Source: an uncultured Actinomycetota bacterium
GTDB taxonomy: Bacteria; Actinomycetota; Actinomycetes; JAHEKZ01
Length of the DNA stretch: 64,000 nt
NCBI GenBank assembly: GCA_963829525.1
Contig: CAWHIJ010000003.1
Location: forward strand, 160,001 to 224,000
Reading direction: 5' to 3'
In this document: one piece after another, positions 61,671 through 64,000 of the stretch
How positions within the stretch are numbered: position 1 is the first letter of the stretch
Layout: every line of letters begins with the position of its first letter
Notes under the pieces: model-generated
Databases searched by the model: none
What the model was told of the DNA's origin: nothing
What the model saw: only the letters and a program-made list of their open reading frames with translations
Translations under genes and position numbers: made by a program

Positions 61671-62682
61671 GTGACCGAAGCCGCTGCCGAACTGCCCCCA
61701 CCTGGGCGGATCGGTCACGACGCGCACCCTCGCCGTGCGCTTGGCTTCTCGCTGGCCATCGGTGGTGCCCTGCTCTTCGCGGTCAACGGTTCGGTGTCGA
61801 AGATCACCCTGGAGTCGGGGGTCGACTCCCTCAGCCTGGTGCTCCTCCGCAGCGCAGGAGCAGCAGCCTGTTTGCTGCTCCTGGTCCTCGTGACCGACCG
61901 GAGTCGGCTGCGCCTGCACAGGGCCGAGCTTCCCCTCTTGCTCGTGTACGGGCTCGTCGGCATCGCCATGGTCCAGTGGCTCTACTTCGTCGCGATCGCA
62001 CGACTGCCGGTCGGTGTTGCGCTCCTGCTGGAGTTCACCGCCCCTGTGTTGGTCGCCTTGTGGGCCAGGTTCGTCCAGAAGCAGCAGTTCGGCAGGGCTT
62101 TGTGGCTGGCACTGGCTCTTGCCCTCGGAGGACTGGCGCTGGTCGCACAGATCTGGGACGGGCTCTCACTCGACACCGTCGGGGTGCTCGCCGGGTTCGG
62201 TGCCGCGCTCTCACTGGCGACCTACTACATCGCCGGTAAACACGCACTGGTCACCCGCGACACCATCTCGCTGGCGTTCTGGGCCTTTTTGGTATCAGCC
62301 ATCTTCTGGTCTGTTGCCAAACCCTGGTGGACGATCCCCTGGGACTCGCTAAGTGCCTCTGTTCAACTTCCGGGTGCGCTGGACGGGACATCGGTCAGCG
62401 GATGGGCGTTGATCACCTGGGTCGTCGTGCTCGGAACGGTGGCGCCTTTCCTCATGGTCATCGGCGGGCTGAGTCATCTTGCTGCGACAGAGGCGGGCAT
62501 CGCCGGAATGATCGAACCGGTGCTCGCCGGCGCCGTTGCCTGGGTGTGGCTCGATGAGACACTGACGGTGATCCAGGTCATCGGCAGCCTGGTGGTCATC
62601 ACTGGCATCGTCGTCGCCCAGCGCGCCACCGGCGTCCACCGGGACCACCGCGTCATCTGCGTCATCCGCATCCGCCGGCTAG
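61671..62682 (+). CDS. EamA/DMT transporter, probable +1 frameshift at about 62630 near the C-terminus
   Basis: Ten TM helices, LPVGVALLLEF, IEPVLA; the corrected tail STGTTASSASSASAG* stops before the convergent cupin gene (uncorrected stop 62750). Confidence 0.85.
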
Positions 62683-62691
62683 CCGGTGCCG

Positions 62692-63012
62692 CTAAGTACG
62701 CGAACCTTCTGCAGGGCCGAACACCACCACGAGCCGCAGCTTCTCGGTGATGTCGACGAACCGATGTTCCTCGCGAGCGGGGACAAAGATCACCGAACCT
62801 GGCTCGACGGCGCATTCACCCGTCGGTGTCACGAAGCGAGCCCGCCCAGTCATGCAGACGTAGATCTCGTCCTCGGTGTGTGGTTCCTGCTCGTCAATCT
62901 CGCCGACGTCGAGCACGTAGAGGCCAGTTGAAACGTCAGGAGCGCGCTGGAACTCGATCCACGGCTCGGATCCGCGGGCGCGGTCCAGGTCGTCGACGCG
63001 GTACGACTTCAT
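62692..63012 (-). CDS. Cupin domain protein
   Basis: QEPHTEDEIY, PGSVIFVPAREEHRF. Confidence 0.9.
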   Translation of the reverse strand: MKSYRVDDLDRARGSEPWIEFQRAPDVSTGLYVLDVGEIDEQEPHTEDEIYVCMTGRARFVTPTGECAVEPGSVIFVPAREEHRFVDITEKLRLVVVFGPAEGSRT

Positions 63013-64000
63013 GGCGTGCTCCCATCTTCGAGGATGCGTTCAACCTCAGCGCTGGCGGCGCCCAGCCCACCCAAGGTGAACTCGTCGCGAGCCGTGAGCT
63101 GCTGCGTCACACGATCGAAGTAGAGCACGCTGAACGTCAAGGGGGTCGGGTCTTCGGTCTCCAGCGCACGAAGACCGGCGCCTCCTGTCGAGCCCTGTAC
63201 AAGAAGCTCCGTCCCACCACCGAGGTCGCGCTGATCGCGTTCATGCAGGTGACCGGCGAGAACCAAGGGAACGTCGCCAGCCAAGGGATCAGCTGCAATC
63301 GGGTCGTGCACCATGGCGACGTCAACCGGATCGTCGGACGCCTGAATCACCCGGTCCAGCGCCTGACCGGACGCGACCACCGCCTCATCTGTCGGGTCCG
63401 TCGACTTGTCTGGCGTGAACCGTGGATCCCCGGCGCCGGCAATGACAAGTCCACCAACGGAAATGACGTCGTCATTGAGCACGTAGGTGTTGTCCATCGC
63501 GGCGATCGCGGCCGCGGTGGTTGAGGAGTCGTGGTTGCCTCGAATGAAGACGTAGGGGATGTCCAAAGACTCGATGGGCTTCAGCAGCGAGTTCTCCACC
63601 CCGGTCCCGTGGTCAGCGATGTCGCCAGTGTCGAGAACGACATCAATGTCGTACTGCTCGATGACTGAGCGCATGATCGGCCAGACATTAGGGTTGAGAT
63701 GGATGTCGGAGACAAAGAGTGCCCGAATGGTGTCGGGGTTCCCCTCGAGCGTTGGCAGGTTTCTCGCGGCGGTGGCGAGCTGCGCGACGTTCGCCACCAG
63801 TCCACCCAACTGCTGGCCGTACTCCTTGAAGTTGCTGACGATCATGTCCGCGTCCCCTACCACCTGCGGCACGAAGACCAACAGCCCGGTGTAGTGCGGC
63901 TGAGCCAATGCACGGTTGTTCCAGGTGGCTGCTCCCGCGCCGGCACTGAGCACCAGCACTCCGGTGACGCTCACTGCCGTGATCACCGCCCATCGCGGAC
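63009..64000 (-). CDS. Membrane-anchored metallophosphoesterase, 5' end outside the window
   Basis: SDIH, TGDIAD, RGNHD, MVHDP, AGHLH. Confidence 0.9.
   Translation of the reverse strand, partial: PRWAVITAVSVTGVLVLSAGAGAATWNNRALAQPHYTGLLVFVPQVVGDADMIVSNFKEYGQQLGGLVANVAQLATAARNLPTLEGNPDTIRALFVSDIHLNPNVWPIMRSVIEQYDIDVVLDTGDIADHGTGVENSLLKPIESLDIPYVFIRGNHDSSTTAAAIAAMDNTYVLNDDVISVGGLVIAGAGDPRFTPDKSTDPTDEAVVASGQALDRVIQASDDPVDVAMVHDPIAADPLAGDVPLVLAGHLHERDQRDLGGGTELLVQGSTGGAGLRALETEDPTPLTFSVLYFDRVTQQLTARDEFTLGGLGAASAEVERILEDGSTP

Overview
High-GC actinobacterial chromosomal segment with no prophage, integrase, IS transposase or CRISPR array. From left to right it holds: (1) an amide-bond module (MFS transporter, ATP-grasp ligase, two paralogous C45 Ntn-hydrolases, amidase, small HTH protein); (2) a SigB/SigF-type general-stress island (partner-switching set, HO-like diiron oxidase, three PAP2 phosphatases, DAG kinase, CsbD, TspO) with five readable GTTT-N15/16-GGGTA promoters; (3) dnaK-grpE-dnaJ-hspR-clpB with a HAIR site; (4) a secreted protein, FadF-like Fe-S oxidoreductase, two unannotated paralogous microproteins, dcd, tRNA-Gly(CCC), a GH114 hydrolase, a FadE5-like dehydrogenase, Trx-NHL, a C69-like peptidase and a PLP decarboxylase; (5) an ECF/anti-sigma/ABC operon and a deleted ECF pseudogene; (6) 2-oxoacid dehydrogenase E1a/E1b/E2; (7) a DosR/DosS-like pair attached to cydABDC, with DosR-type and CRP boxes upstream; (8) pat, a 30-bp hairpin VNTR and a DUF222-HNH gene under a PafBC-type promoter. 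The best novelty candidate is at 5762-7407: a C45 self-cleaving hydrolase carries an N-terminal copy of the helical, non-DNA-binding half of the neighbouring HTH protein, behind twin palindromic operators. The next best is the IWRY microprotein pair at 28213-28585. Seven genic frameshifts are all single-base insertions and most likely reflect sequencing or assembly error. All family assignments come from motif recognition by eye; no database search was run.
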